Of a DNA stretch of 64,000 nt, positions 1-9,904 are shown piece after piece. The DNA lies in assembly GCA_965248195.1 (NCBI GenBank), contig CBDFIQ010000002.1, positions 992,001-1,056,000 of the forward strand. Direction: 5' to 3'. Source of the DNA: Longimicrobiales bacterium. Its GTDB lineage: Bacteria; Gemmatimonadota; Gemmatimonadetes; Longimicrobiales; Gaopeijiaceae. The stretch's first letter is position 1. The number at the start of each line of letters is the position of its first letter. Made by a program: the position numbers and the translations under genes. The notes under the pieces are model-generated. The model did no database searches, was not told where the DNA came from, and saw only the letters and a program-made list of their open reading frames with translations.

Positions 1-2
1 AC

Positions 3-797
3 ATAGAGCTCGTCGAAGGATCGATCACCAATCCGGTCACGTGCGAATCCGCGTGCGAAGGGATCGACTTCGTGCTCCACCAGGCGGCGCTACCCTCGGT
101 GCCACGAAGCGTGGCGAATCCTGAAGCTACGCACGAAGCGTGTGCGACGGGAACTCTGAACATGCTGGTCGCCGCCCGCGACGCGGGGGCGGGACGGTTC
201 GTGTATGCGGGCTCGAGCTCCGCTTACGGAGACACGCCCACGCTCCCCAAGGTCGAGAGCATGCCGGCGCTTCCGCGCTCGCCCTATGCGGTCGCCAAGC
301 TGGCCGGTGAGCATTACTGCAAAGCGTTCAGCCTGATCTACGGCTTCGAGGCCGTGGTACTGCGCTACTTCAACATCTTCGGCCCGCGCCAGGACCCGGC
401 GTCCCAGTATTCTGCGGTGATTCCGCTCTTCATCACGAAGGCGCTCGGGGGGGAAGCCCCGACCATCGACGGAGATGGCGAGCAGACGCGGGACTTCACC
501 CACGTGGAGAATGCCGTCCGGGCGAACCTGCTGGCGTGTACGGCCGATGCGGCCGCGGTGTCCGGGGAGATGTTCAACGTGGGATGCGGGGAGCGTATTT
601 CGGTCAATCGGTTGTGGGAAGCGATTCAGAGGGCCACCGGGGCCCGGGTAGAGGCGCTCCATGGGCAGGAAAGGGAAGGGGACGTGCGCGATTCTCTCGC
701 CTCCCTGGGCAAGATCCAGCGCCACATGGGTTATGAAGTGACGGTGCCCTTGGCCGAAGGGATCCGCGGGACCGTCGAATGGCTGAAGGGGTCGTAG
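3..797 (+). CDS. NAD-dependent NDP-sugar epimerase/dehydratase (WbpP/GalE-like SDR), 5'-truncated by window edge
   Basis: Frame open from position 3 (IELVEGSI...FVLHQAALPSVPRS); YAVAK catalytic YxxxK, LRYFNIFGPRQDP, GDGEQTRDF motifs. Confidence 0.9.
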   Translation: MELVEGSITNPVTCESACEGIDFVLHQAALPSVPRSVANPEATHEACATGTLNMLVAARDAGAGRFVYAGSSSAYGDTPTLPKVESMPALPRSPYAVAKLAGEHYCKAFSLIYGFEAVVLRYFNIFGPRQDPASQYSAVIPLFITKALGGEAPTIDGDGEQTRDFTHVENAVRANLLACTADAAAVSGEMFNVGCGERISVNRLWEAIQRATGARVEALHGQEREGDVRDSLASLGKIQRHMGYEVTVPLAEGIRGTVEWLKGS

Positions 798-828
798 GGA
801 CCCCCCAAGCCGTCAAGGCAGCGGCGTT

Positions 829-1329
829 TTACCCGCCTATCGTAAAGAGGAAACCGCCCTTGAAGATCAACGATTCGGTGCCATCGGAGAAATTCAGAAC
901 GGCCTCCAAAAACGGCCGCCCCTGACCACTGGGGTTGAACGTCATTCCGCCCTTCACATTGAGGCCGGCGTCCGACACCGCGTCGAACCCTTCCGTAGAA
1001 GCTCTCGCCCACGAGATGCCACCTCCGATATAGGGCTCCACCGATTCGGCCTCCAACTGGTACTGCACGTCGAGGTTCAGGACGAGGAACGATCTGTTCA
1101 GCCCGCTCCCGGTGTCGTCTATACCAGGATAGAACTCAAATCCCGGGTTCAGCGTGACGGGAGACGACCCAAGGTGGATCCGCGACATGGCGCCGAGAAG
1201 GAGTTCGTCGTTCTGGAGGTTCACCCCGAGATACGGGCCCAACTCCCACGGGGCCTGGGCCTGCACCGGCGGAGCCGCGACGAGCGCGACCAGGAATAGT
1301 GCACAAAAGGCGGTACGGAGGGTCTTCAT
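829..1329 (-). CDS. Small outer-membrane beta-barrel protein
   Basis: Signal peptide ending AQA; alternating amphipathic strands, PYIGGG motif, C-terminal GGFLF. Confidence 0.75.
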   Translation of the reverse strand: MKTLRTAFCALFLVALVAAPPVQAQAPWELGPYLGVNLQNDELLLGAMSRIHLGSSPVTLNPGFEFYPGIDDTGSGLNRSFLVLNLDVQYQLEAESVEPYIGGGISWARASTEGFDAVSDAGLNVKGGMTFNPSGQGRPFLEAVLNFSDGTESLIFKGGFLFTIGG

Positions 1330-1393
1330 GCGGCGATCCTCGAGGTTCGGGAAGTTGCTGTGCTACTCCCTTGTCTAATTGCGTTTTGGGAGC

Positions 1394-2769
1394 GGTCAAG
1401 TCCCGATTTGTGTGTAAAAGCGGAGGAAGCTCCTCGCCTTCGGCTAGGCTGCTTGGGCGACCTCCTGTTTCTGGAGGAGTGAGAGGTCGAGGTAACGCCG
1501 GTCGCCCCAGACGTGTGTGGTCCTGAGTGCGACGGCCGTGATGAGCCTGAGGGCGCTGGCCCGGTCCGGGAAGGCGCCGGCGGCCTTGATCCTGCGTTTG
1601 ATCTCGCCGTGCAGCCGCTCGAGGCTGTTGGTGGTACGCAGCCGGGGCCAGTGCGCCTCGGGGAACGCGTAGAACTGCGTCGCTGCCCCGAAGCCCCGCT
1701 CCAGGACCTCCACGGCCTCGGGCAGCTCCTTCTTCCAGCGTGCGCCGAACTCGCCCAGGAGCTTCTTCGCCTCGGCGAGTCCGGATGTCTGGAAGATCAC
1801 CGAGACCTCACGCGCCACGCGCTTGCGTAGGCGGTGGGGGACCCTCGCCCCCACATTACGCTGCAGATGGACCGTACACCTCTGACGGCGTGCCTCGGGC
1901 AGGAAGCGGCGGACCGCAGCTGCCAGGCCTGCGTGCTCATCGGCGATCACGAGCTCGACACCGCCGAGGCCGCGGTCCTGGAGTTGCTCGAGGAGCTCCG
2001 ACCAGCTCTGCTGCGACTCCTCAGCGCCCAGCGTGACGGCCAGGAGCCGTCGGTGACCCTCAGGGCCCACTGCATACGCCACGAGCGCACTCACGTTCTC
2101 GACTTTGCGGGCCCAGCGGGCGTCCAAGAACGTGGCGTCCAGGTACAGATAGGGGTGAGGCCCCTCGATCGGCGCACGGCGCAGCCCTTCCACGGCCTCG
2201 TCGAGCCGTTTTGCCACACGACTCACCGTCGAGCGCCCAACACGCTCGCCCATCAGCGCCTCGGTGACGTCGCCCATCTTGCGCTGTGACACGCCGCTCA
2301 CATACGCCTCGACCATCATCTCGTCGAGCTCGGGGCTCCTGCGCTGGTAGCGGCCGATCACGTCGGCCGGCGAACCGTTGTCCCGGCTCCGGGGCATGGC
2401 GACCTCGATCTGCCCCAGGCTCGTCAGCAGCCGCCTCAGGTATGTGCCGTTCCTATGGTCCTTCCGGCTTCCCACCCGCTCGAAGCGGCGTGCACCTACC
2501 ATGGCCTTCAGCTCCTCTTCCAGCACCATCTCGAGCGTCAGCCGGATCGCGCCTTGAAACAGCTCGCGCAAATCATCGCGTAGCTCGTCTTGCGTGGCCC
2601 GACCGATCTCCACAATCTCTTGCATCGGAAGCTCCTCTCCGGTTCCGAGCCTGCTCTGCAGACCCGGACTCCCGGGTTCATGTGACAGTGAACAACAACA
2701 GAGGAGCTTCCGTTTTTCTTTCCCTCCTGTCCAGCTTATCCGCTTTTACACAAATCTAGGGACACTACC
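1394..2769 (-). mobile_element. IS256-family insertion sequence (1376 bp), complete
   Basis: 31-bp imperfect terminal IRs (1394-1424 GGTCAAGTCCC...TGTGTAAAAGCGGA; 2739-2769); direct repeat TTGGGAGC at 1386-1393 and 2770-2777; single transposase. Confidence 0.95.
1444..2625 (-). CDS. IS256 (Mutator-like) DDE transposase
   Basis: RNG, YLYLDATF, VIADEHAGL, QRCTVH, RTTNSLERLHGEIKRR motifs; RBS GGAGAGGAG. Confidence 0.95.
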   Translation of the reverse strand: MQEIVEIGRATQDELRDDLRELFQGAIRLTLEMVLEEELKAMVGARRFERVGSRKDHRNGTYLRRLLTSLGQIEVAMPRSRDNGSPADVIGRYQRRSPELDEMMVEAYVSGVSQRKMGDVTEALMGERVGRSTVSRVAKRLDEAVEGLRRAPIEGPHPYLYLDATFLDARWARKVENVSALVAYAVGPEGHRRLLAVTLGAEESQQSWSELLEQLQDRGLGGVELVIADEHAGLAAAVRRFLPEARRQRCTVHLQRNVGARVPHRLRKRVAREVSVIFQTSGLAEAKKLLGEFGARWKKELPEAVEVLERGFGAATQFYAFPEAHWPRLRTTNSLERLHGEIKRRIKAAGAFPDRASALRLITAVALRTTHVWGDRRYLDLSLLQKQEVAQAA

Positions 2770-2866
2770 TTGGGAGCGTGTCAACAATCATGGAATAGCT
2801 CCCTCAGCACGTACCCACTTTCGGTCCCCACGGATCCCGGCTCAAGTTTTGCGGTACATTGCTCTC

Positions 2867-3835
2867 ATGAACTACCGAACCGGCGCCAAATGTTTATCAC
2901 CCACGAGCCTCGTCCTCGGCTGCGTGATCATCGCCTCGACGCTGCTCAGCGCCTGCGCTGCGGGTAGTGGAGACGAGTCCTCCATACTCCGGGGCGACGA
3001 AGCCTCCGCGCGGGGTGACCTGGACGCGGCCCTGGCCGAGTACAGGCTCGCGGTGCGGCGGGGCTCAGACGACGCCCCGGCGCTGGCTCGTGTGGCGCAT
3101 ACGTATGCGGAGATGGGGCGTATCGACGAAGCCGGCGATTTCTATCATCAGGCCGTGGAAGAAGATCCGGGCTTCGCGGACCAGGCGGTTTCCGACATGG
3201 TACGTTTAGCCCGTGCCGCCCGGGACCGAGACGACCTCTTCGGGCTCGCGTCCGCGATGGAAACCGCGATGTCGTTCCGACCGGGCATCACGATGCAAGA
3301 CATGGCCTTGCCTCTCGCACGCCACTACTTCAGGAGCGGCGAGTACGCCACGGCGCTCCCCTACTATCAGTCCTCGATCGCGGGCATGGAGGGGGACACC
3401 ATCCCCGACGTGGTGTTCGAGGCGGCCTCCGCCTATGACGAGGTCGGGGATTGTCGGCGGGCGCTCCTCTACTACGAGGAATACCGGACGCTGATCCGGC
3501 GCTATCAGCGTGGTGAGGTCGATTGGAAGATCGGCAGTTGCTCGCTTCGCCTGGCGCAGGAACTGCGATCCGTCGGTGGGGACGAAGAGGCGTTGGCCCA
3601 CATCGAGCGCACGATCACACTGGGCGAGCCCCGGAGCCTGCAGGCGGTGGCGTACTTCGAGATCGGCGAGATCCTCTCCGACCTGGGCCGGTGCGAGGAC
3701 GCCATGGATGCGTTCCTCCAAGTCCGTCGTGCGGACCAGACGGGCACGAGCCCCCTGGTAGATCGGGCCCAATGGCGGTACGACGAGCTCCGGTTCGTCG
3801 GGCCCACGGGTGGCGGACTCGGTGCAGGCTGTTAG
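2867..3835 (+). CDS. TPR-repeat lipoprotein
   Basis: ATG at 2867, hydrophobic stretch with LLSAC lipobox, TPR-like helical repeats; the ORF-track extension to 2594 runs into the IS and is rejected. Confidence 0.75.
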   Translation: MNYRTGAKCLSPTSLVLGCVIIASTLLSACAAGSGDESSILRGDEASARGDLDAALAEYRLAVRRGSDDAPALARVAHTYAEMGRIDEAGDFYHQAVEEDPGFADQAVSDMVRLARAARDRDDLFGLASAMETAMSFRPGITMQDMALPLARHYFRSGEYATALPYYQSSIAGMEGDTIPDVVFEAASAYDEVGDCRRALLYYEEYRTLIRRYQRGEVDWKIGSCSLRLAQELRSVGGDEEALAHIERTITLGEPRSLQAVAYFEIGEILSDLGRCEDAMDAFLQVRRADQTGTSPLVDRAQWRYDELRFVGPTGGGLGAGC

Positions 3836-3838
3836 CGC

Positions 3839-4603
3839 GTGAGTCCCCGAAGGAAAAACACCGACGAGGGCTACGAGCGCCCTACAACGGGCCCCGGATC
3901 CCAAGCCCTGCACCCGTCGGTGCGGCAAGCGATCGCCTTCGGTAATGCAGCCTGGGACCAGGACGACTTCGCGGCTGCCTACCAGCACTTTCGCACGATC
4001 CTCCGGGACCATCCCAACTACGCCGACATACACAATCGGGCGGGGCTTTGCTTGGCCATGATGGGGGATCCAGAGGGTGCGCTCGAAGAGTTCGATGAGG
4101 CTCTGAAAATCAACGATTGCTTCTCCGAAGCCCTCCTGAACCGCGCCATCGTTCTCAACGACCTGAGCCGCTTCGATGAGGCCTCCGAGTGCTTCCATCG
4201 CGCCAGCGGCTTGGATCTCCGCGATGCCCGTGCGTTCCCATCCCACATGGGGAATCAACTCGCGAATGCGCACGCCAGAACCGGCGACCTCTACTTGGCG
4301 GCGGATCGGCCGGAAGAGGCGGCTGCCGAATACGCGGCCGCCGTCGAGGTCCGGCCCGGCTTCCTGGATCTTCAGTTCAAGCTCGCCGAGGCGTATATGG
4401 ACCTCGAAATGCTGGGCGAGGCTCGCGAGCACCTGGAGGAAATCCTGGTGAGGAATTCCGAATTCGCCGGCGCTCGCGTGCGATTGGGAGCCCTGCTCCT
4501 TCGGATGGGAGACAGGGTTGGAGCACGGCGGGAATGGGAACGCTGTGCCGAACAGAATCCCGACGACCGCCGCATTCAAGCCTACCTCGCTGCTCTGGAT
4601 TAG
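3839..4603 (+). CDS. TPR-repeat protein
   Basis: Repeats such as HPNYADIHNRAG, EALLNRAIVL, ARVRLGALL. Confidence 0.8.
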   Translation: MSPRRKNTDEGYERPTTGPGSQALHPSVRQAIAFGNAAWDQDDFAAAYQHFRTILRDHPNYADIHNRAGLCLAMMGDPEGALEEFDEALKINDCFSEALLNRAIVLNDLSRFDEASECFHRASGLDLRDARAFPSHMGNQLANAHARTGDLYLAADRPEEAAAEYAAAVEVRPGFLDLQFKLAEAYMDLEMLGEAREHLEEILVRNSEFAGARVRLGALLLRMGDRVGARREWERCAEQNPDDRRIQAYLAALD

Positions 4604-4707
4604 TAAGAACGCAGCCTTCCTCGGCCCATGGCCATCCCTCGGCGTTCCGACGAGCATCAGGGCCGTTTTTCACGAACCTGACCACGTTGGCGGTGTAAGC
4701 CAGACCC

Positions 4708-5448
4708 ATGAACGACGTTCGACGTGCGCTTATACTTTGTCTGGCCTCCTCCCTCTCCTTCGCCGCCTGCGGGGGAGCTCTGCCATTCCCCGGTCTCACG
4801 GCCGAGGAGGTCTTTGCTTTGGGGCTCCAGGCGAGGGAGCAAGAGAACTGGGCGGATGCGGCCGAGGCTTTCGAATACGTCCTCTTTTCACCGGGGTTCA
4901 ACCGCGCCGCCGAGGCGCGGCTCCTACTTGCCGAAGTGCAGTATTCGAACGGGCGCTATGTCGAATCCCGGAGCGAGTATCAGCGGGTGATCGACCGTTG
5001 GCCGGCCGACACCGTGGCGGTTCGAGCGGCGCTCGGGGTTTGCCGCTCACTCGCGAACCTGTCACCCATTACGCAGAGGGACCAAGCCTTCACCCGACAG
5101 GCCAGGCTCGCGTGCCGGCAGGTGGCGGGGGATTTCGCCGGGACGGTGATGGGACTCGAGGCCGGGCGGCTGGCAGACGAGATGACGATCAAGCTTGCCG
5201 AGCGGGATTACGACACGGGCCGCCACTACCTCAGGCGAGGTCTCTTGGACTCGGCGCTGCTCTACTTCGAAGAAGTGGCTTCTGAGTATCCGGAGACCGA
5301 ATGGGCCCCCTGGGCACTCTATCGAATGATCGACGCCTTCGGCCGGATCGGGTACCAAAGGGACGTCGAGGCGACGCGGGACCTGCTGCTCGACGCTTAC
5401 CCGGATTCGGAGCCGGCCCAGCTGCTGCTCGAAGATGGCGGCGCCTAG
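4708..5448 (+). CDS. bamD: Outer-membrane protein assembly factor BamD
   Basis: Lipobox FAAC; TPRs; RDQAFT, KLAERDYDTGRHY, YPET motifs. Confidence 0.85.
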   Translation: MNDVRRALILCLASSLSFAACGGALPFPGLTAEEVFALGLQAREQENWADAAEAFEYVLFSPGFNRAAEARLLLAEVQYSNGRYVESRSEYQRVIDRWPADTVAVRAALGVCRSLANLSPITQRDQAFTRQARLACRQVAGDFAGTVMGLEAGRLADEMTIKLAERDYDTGRHYLRRGLLDSALLYFEEVASEYPETEWAPWALYRMIDAFGRIGYQRDVEATRDLLLDAYPDSEPAQLLLEDGGA

Positions 5449-6055
5449 TCCGGAGATCCCTGAGAACCGCCCCGTCCGGCTCGGCGTGTTCGGGGGCACC
5501 TTCGATCCCCCTCATGTCGGCCACGTCGCAATAGCCCGGCAGCTTCGGGAGTCCGGGGCGCTTGACGAGATTCTCTGGATCCCAGCGAGATTTCCGCCGC
5601 ATAAACCTGTGAACCCGCTCACATCCCCCGAGCGCAGAATCGAAATGGTGCGTGCCGCGACCCACGGGGTTGCACTACAGAGTGTCAGCGATATCGAGCT
5701 CTTGAGGGAGGGACCGTCCTACACGGTAGATACGTTGAGGGCGCTCCGCTCGGAGCGCCCGGAGGCCACCCCGGTTCTCATCATGGGCGCCGATCAGTTC
5801 GTGGAGCTGGCGGGGTGGCACGAGGCGGAGGAAGTCGTTCGTCTCGCGGACGTGTGCGTGCTCCCGCGCGGCGGCGTCGAGCTCACTTCGGCCCTGCCGC
5901 GACTGAACGTGGTATGGAGTGCCGCGCATGTGCCGCCCGTCGATGTCTCCTCGTCGGGTGTGCGAAAGCGGGTCCGGGAAGGGCGGCCCTACCGGCATCT
6001 CGTGCCTGAGGGCGTGGCCGAGATAATTGAGCGGGAGAGTCTGTACATTGAATGA
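5435..6055 (+). CDS. nadD: Nicotinate-nucleotide adenylyltransferase
   Basis: GVFGGTFDPPHVGH, PPHK, SYTVDTL, IMGAD, VSSS motifs. Confidence 0.95.
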   Translation: MAAPSPEIPENRPVRLGVFGGTFDPPHVGHVAIARQLRESGALDEILWIPARFPPHKPVNPLTSPERRIEMVRAATHGVALQSVSDIELLREGPSYTVDTLRALRSERPEATPVLIMGADQFVELAGWHEAEEVVRLADVCVLPRGGVELTSALPRLNVVWSAAHVPPVDVSSSGVRKRVREGRPYRHLVPEGVAEIIERESLYIE

Positions 6056-6164
6056 GCGGGAGAGTCTGGCCGGCGGGTGACGGGCGAGTCTGTCCGTCGA
6101 GTAAGCTGATAAGGACGCCCGGATGCCGGGCCCACAATCACAACCTAGGCGGGATGACCTTTCA

Positions 6165-6383
6165 ATGATTTCACGTAGGCGGCACGCGATCAAAGCGGTG
6201 ACGTGGAGAGCCGTGGCGACTTCGGCCACCGTGCTCATCGCGTGGTGGGTGACCGGTGACTGGAGTGTCGGACTCGAGGTGGGCACGGTCGAGCTTTTCG
6301 TCAAGCTGCTCCTCTACTACCTGCACGAACGCTTTTGGTACAAGTTTGTTGGCTTGGGGGTAGGCGCGCAGCAAGCGGGATGA
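6165..6383 (+). CDS. DUF2061-like small membrane protein
   Basis: RHAIKAVTWR...VTG...KLLLYYLHERFW pattern; start may be 6123 instead. Confidence 0.75.
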   Translation: MISRRRHAIKAVTWRAVATSATVLIAWWVTGDWSVGLEVGTVELFVKLLLYYLHERFWYKFVGLGVGAQQAG

Positions 6384-6432
6384 AACCGGTGTCTCCCAGG
6401 GGCACTCTCGGACGGGCGGTAATCTATTGAGC

Positions 6433-9400
6433 ATGCTGAAGGAGGTGGTAAAGAAAATCCTCGGTTCGCGGCACATCCGCGAGGCGAAGAAGCTCCAGCC
6501 GTTGGTCGACCGGATCAACGAGCTGTTCGAGGAATACCAATCGCTGTCCGAAGAGCAGCTCAAGGGTAAGACGGACGAATTCCGGGCGCACATCGCCGAG
6601 GCTACTGCTGAGATCAAGGACGAGATCGAAGAGCTTCGCGAAGAGAAGCGCCATTCCGAGGATCCGCTCAAGCGGCAGGAGCTGCAGGAAGCCCTGGCCG
6701 ATCTCGATGACCGGCTGGTGGAGAAAACCGGTGACATCCTCGAGGAAATCCTTCCAGCGGCGTTCGCGACCGTCAAGGAAACGTGCCGCCGTCTCCTCGA
6801 CACGACCGTGACGGTGACGGGCCAGACCCAGCCCTGGGACATGGTCCCGTACGACGTCCAGCTCATCGGTGCGATCGCGCTGCACAGGGGCAAGGTGGCC
6901 GAGATGGCGACGGGGGAGGGAAAGACCCTGGTGGCCACGATGCCGCTCTACCTCAACGCCCTCGTGGGCGAGGGCGTGCACCTTGTGACGGTCAACACGT
7001 ATCTGGCGCAGCGCGACGCAGAGTGGATGGGTTACATCTACAACTACCTCGGCCTCACCGTTGGTTGCATCGACAAGTACGAGCCGCACTCGCCGGAGCG
7101 GACCGCGGCCTACGCGTCGGACATCACCTACGGCACCAACAACGAATTCGGGTTCGACTATCTCCGAGACAACATGGTGCACGCCCTGGAGCAGCGGGTG
7201 CAGCGCCGGCACTGGTACGCGATCATCGACGAGGTGGACTCGATTCTCATCGACGAAGCGCGCACCCCCCTCATCATCTCGGGGCCGGTGGGCCGCGATA
7301 CCTCGACTCCCTTCAAGCAGTACAACACGGACGTAAGCAGGCTGTACAAGAAACAGACCCGCGTGGTGAGCACTCTCATCGCAGAGGCCGAAAAGGAGCT
7401 CGACGCCGGCAACGAGTTCGAGGCGGGGGAGAAGCTGCTGGCAGCCAAACGCGGGGGCCCGCGCAACAAGCGTCTTCTAAAGCTCTTCGCCGACGATCCG
7501 GGACTCCAGAGGCTCGTCCTCAAGGTCGAGGCCGACTACATGCGGGAGAAGCGCCTGTTTGAAATCGACGAACTGCTCTTCTTCGCGATGGATGAGAAAG
7601 GTCACGCCGTCTACCTTTCCGATGCGGGTCTTGACGAACTCTCGCCAGCGGACCCGGACGCCTTCGTAGTCCCGGACCTGTCGGAGGCCGTGGGCTCGGT
7701 CCAGGAGGACGAAGCGCTTTCGGTCGACGCGAGACGGGAGATGATGTCCAGGCTCGAGGCCGAGTACGCCGCCAAGAGCGAGAAAATCCACGTCATCCAT
7801 CAACTCCTCAAGGCGTACACCCTCTTCCAGAAGGACGAGAAGTACATCATCGGCGAGGGCGGCGAGATCGTAATCGTCGACGAGTTCACGGGTCGCCAGA
7901 TGTCCGGCCGGCGCTGGAGCGATGGGCTCCACCAGGCGGTAGAGGCCAAGGAAGGTGTGGAGATCAAGGGCGAGACCCAGACGCTCGCGACGATCACGAT
8001 CCAGAACTACTTCCGGATGTACGAGAAGCTGGCCGGGATGACCGGAACGGCCGAGACCGAAGAGACCGAGTTCCACCAGATCTACAAGCTCGACGTCTTC
8101 GTGATCCCGACCAACCGTCCGGTCATCCGCGACGACCGGGACGATCTGATCTTCCGCACCAAGGCAGAGAAGTATCAGGCGCTCATGGACGAAGTCGAGC
8201 GGCTACACAAGATGGAGCTGCCCGTTCTCCTGGGAACGACCAACGTCGAGATCTCCGAGACGCTGTCGCGGATGCTCAAGCGCCGGGGGGTCGTGCACAA
8301 CGTTCTAAACGCCAAGCAGCACAAGCAGGAGTCCGAGATCGTGGCGGAGGCGGGACGTGCGGGGGCCGTGACGATCGCCACGAACATGGCCGGCCGCGGA
8401 ACCGACATCAAGCTGGGCGAGGGTGTGGTCGAGGCCCGTAGTGTGGGGTGGGCGAGGGAGCGCGGCCTGGATCTCGAAGAACTGGTTCCGGTGGATCCCA
8501 CGCGGGAGATGGACTTCGAGAACAAACCCGACGACTACGTCATTCAGGTCGGTGGGCTTTACATCCTCGGCTCCGAACGGCACGAGTCCCGAAGGATCGA
8601 CCGTCAGCTTCGGGGCCGTTCCGGGCGGCAGGGCGATCCGGGGGCGTCTCAGTTCTTCATCTCGGTGGAGGACGACCTGATGCGGCTGTTCGTCGGTGAT
8701 CGTTTGGCGAACGCGATGGACAAGTTGGGTGCCTCGGAGGGTGAGGTGATCACGCACCCGCTGGTGACCCGCTCCATCGAGACCGCTCAGAAGAGGGTGG
8801 AGGGGAACAACTTCGAGTCGCGGAAGCGCTTGCTGGACTATGACGATGTGATGAACCAGCAGCGCGAGGTCATCTACGATCGCCGCCTCTTCGCCCTGGA
8901 GGGGGGAGAGGATCTGAAGGGCGAGATATGGGAGATGATCGAGCACACGGTGCAGTCCACCGTGGATGAGTACCTGGAGTCCGAGCACGATGAGGAATGG
9001 GATCTCGCTGGGCTCAAGAGGCGGATCTCACTGGACTACATCGCCTTGCTGCCAGACCTACCGGACGAAAATGGTGCAGAGCACGAGCTGGAGGTGCACG
9101 AGATTCAGCTGATGGCCGCGGACGCTGTTCACGAACAGTTCAACCGGAAGATCGACGGTTTCGGGGAGCACGCCGAGGGTGTCACCAGCTACATCATGCT
9201 CAGCGTCATCGACGGCAAGTGGAAGGATCACCTCTACGACCTGGATCATCTCAAGGCCTCGATCGGATTTCGGGGATGGGGACAGAAGGACCCGCTAGTC
9301 GAGTACAAGAAGGAGGCCTACGAGATGTTCGTGGACCTCATGAACGACCTTCGTGGGACGGTCGGCAACCTGCTCTTCAAGGCCCAACTCGGCCAGCCGC

Positions 9401-9768
9401 GCCAGCCCGTGCGCCAGCCTCAGAGGGTGCAGTACTCGGGCCCATCGGAGGACGGAGGCGTAAGCACCGGCGCGATCGCCCAGGCGGCCGCGGCAGCCGG
9501 TCGCACGCAGACGATGGGGAGTGGCGGTCGTGTGGACGACTTGGGTATGGCTCGGAGCGCGCGGGCGGAGGGAGCGGGTCGAGGGCGGACCGTCCCTCTG
9601 GGCTCCGTGGGCGGTGTGCCCTCACCGCAGGATCCGCGAGAGTTGGTCACCAACCGCGCGGAGGAGCGCGTCCGGGCGCCCGTGACCGCCACGAAGGAGC
9701 CGGGGCGGAATGAAGCGTGCCCTTGTGGGTCGGGCAAGAAGTACAAGAAGTGCCACGGGCGAGGGTAG
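6433..9768 (+). CDS. secA: Preprotein translocase ATPase SecA
   Basis: AEMATGEGKT, IIDEVDSILIDEARTPLIISG, IATNMAGRGTDI, C-terminal GRNEACPCGSGKKYKKCH. Confidence 0.98.
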   Translation: MLKEVVKKILGSRHIREAKKLQPLVDRINELFEEYQSLSEEQLKGKTDEFRAHIAEATAEIKDEIEELREEKRHSEDPLKRQELQEALADLDDRLVEKTGDILEEILPAAFATVKETCRRLLDTTVTVTGQTQPWDMVPYDVQLIGAIALHRGKVAEMATGEGKTLVATMPLYLNALVGEGVHLVTVNTYLAQRDAEWMGYIYNYLGLTVGCIDKYEPHSPERTAAYASDITYGTNNEFGFDYLRDNMVHALEQRVQRRHWYAIIDEVDSILIDEARTPLIISGPVGRDTSTPFKQYNTDVSRLYKKQTRVVSTLIAEAEKELDAGNEFEAGEKLLAAKRGGPRNKRLLKLFADDPGLQRLVLKVEADYMREKRLFEIDELLFFAMDEKGHAVYLSDAGLDELSPADPDAFVVPDLSEAVGSVQEDEALSVDARREMMSRLEAEYAAKSEKIHVIHQLLKAYTLFQKDEKYIIGEGGEIVIVDEFTGRQMSGRRWSDGLHQAVEAKEGVEIKGETQTLATITIQNYFRMYEKLAGMTGTAETEETEFHQIYKLDVFVIPTNRPVIRDDRDDLIFRTKAEKYQALMDEVERLHKMELPVLLGTTNVEISETLSRMLKRRGVVHNVLNAKQHKQESEIVAEAGRAGAVTIATNMAGRGTDIKLGEGVVEARSVGWARERGLDLEELVPVDPTREMDFENKPDDYVIQVGGLYILGSERHESRRIDRQLRGRSGRQGDPGASQFFISVEDDLMRLFVGDRLANAMDKLGASEGEVITHPLVTRSIETAQKRVEGNNFESRKRLLDYDDVMNQQREVIYDRRLFALEGGEDLKGEIWEMIEHTVQSTVDEYLESEHDEEWDLAGLKRRISLDYIALLPDLPDENGAEHELEVHEIQLMAADAVHEQFNRKIDGFGEHAEGVTSYIMLSVIDGKWKDHLYDLDHLKASIGFRGWGQKDPLVEYKKEAYEMFVDLMNDLRGTVGNLLFKAQLGQPRQPVRQPQRVQYSGPSEDGGVSTGAIAQAAAAAGRTQTMGSGGRVDDLGMARSARAEGAGRGRTVPLGSVGGVPSPQDPRELVTNRAEERVRAPVTATKEPGRNEACPCGSGKKYKKCHGRG

Positions 9769-9811
9769 AGGCTTCTTGGGCGGGGGTAGCGGCTCCTTTT
9801 TTGCGGGTGGA

Positions 9812-9904
9812 AGGGAGAGGAATCGAGGGTCCTCCTCCGGTCAGCGCTTCGCTCTACGGCTTCGCCGCAGACTGCCCTGCGGAGGACCCTCGATTCCTCT
9901 CCCT
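9812..9904. repeat. Palindromic element A: perfect 24-bp inverted repeat around a 45-nt core
   Basis: 9812-9835 AGGGAGAGGAATCGAGGGTCCTCC is the reverse complement of 9881-9904. Confidence 0.9.

Noticed and set aside
1386..1394. 9-bp TSD (TTGGGAGCG)
   Set aside because: Possible, but the ninth base is needed for symmetric GGT IR ends, so 8 bp is preferred.
2594..2866. N-terminal extension of the TPR ORF (413 aa in the track)
   Set aside because: Runs through the IS end and TSD; the ATG at 2867 gives a normal lipoprotein signal.
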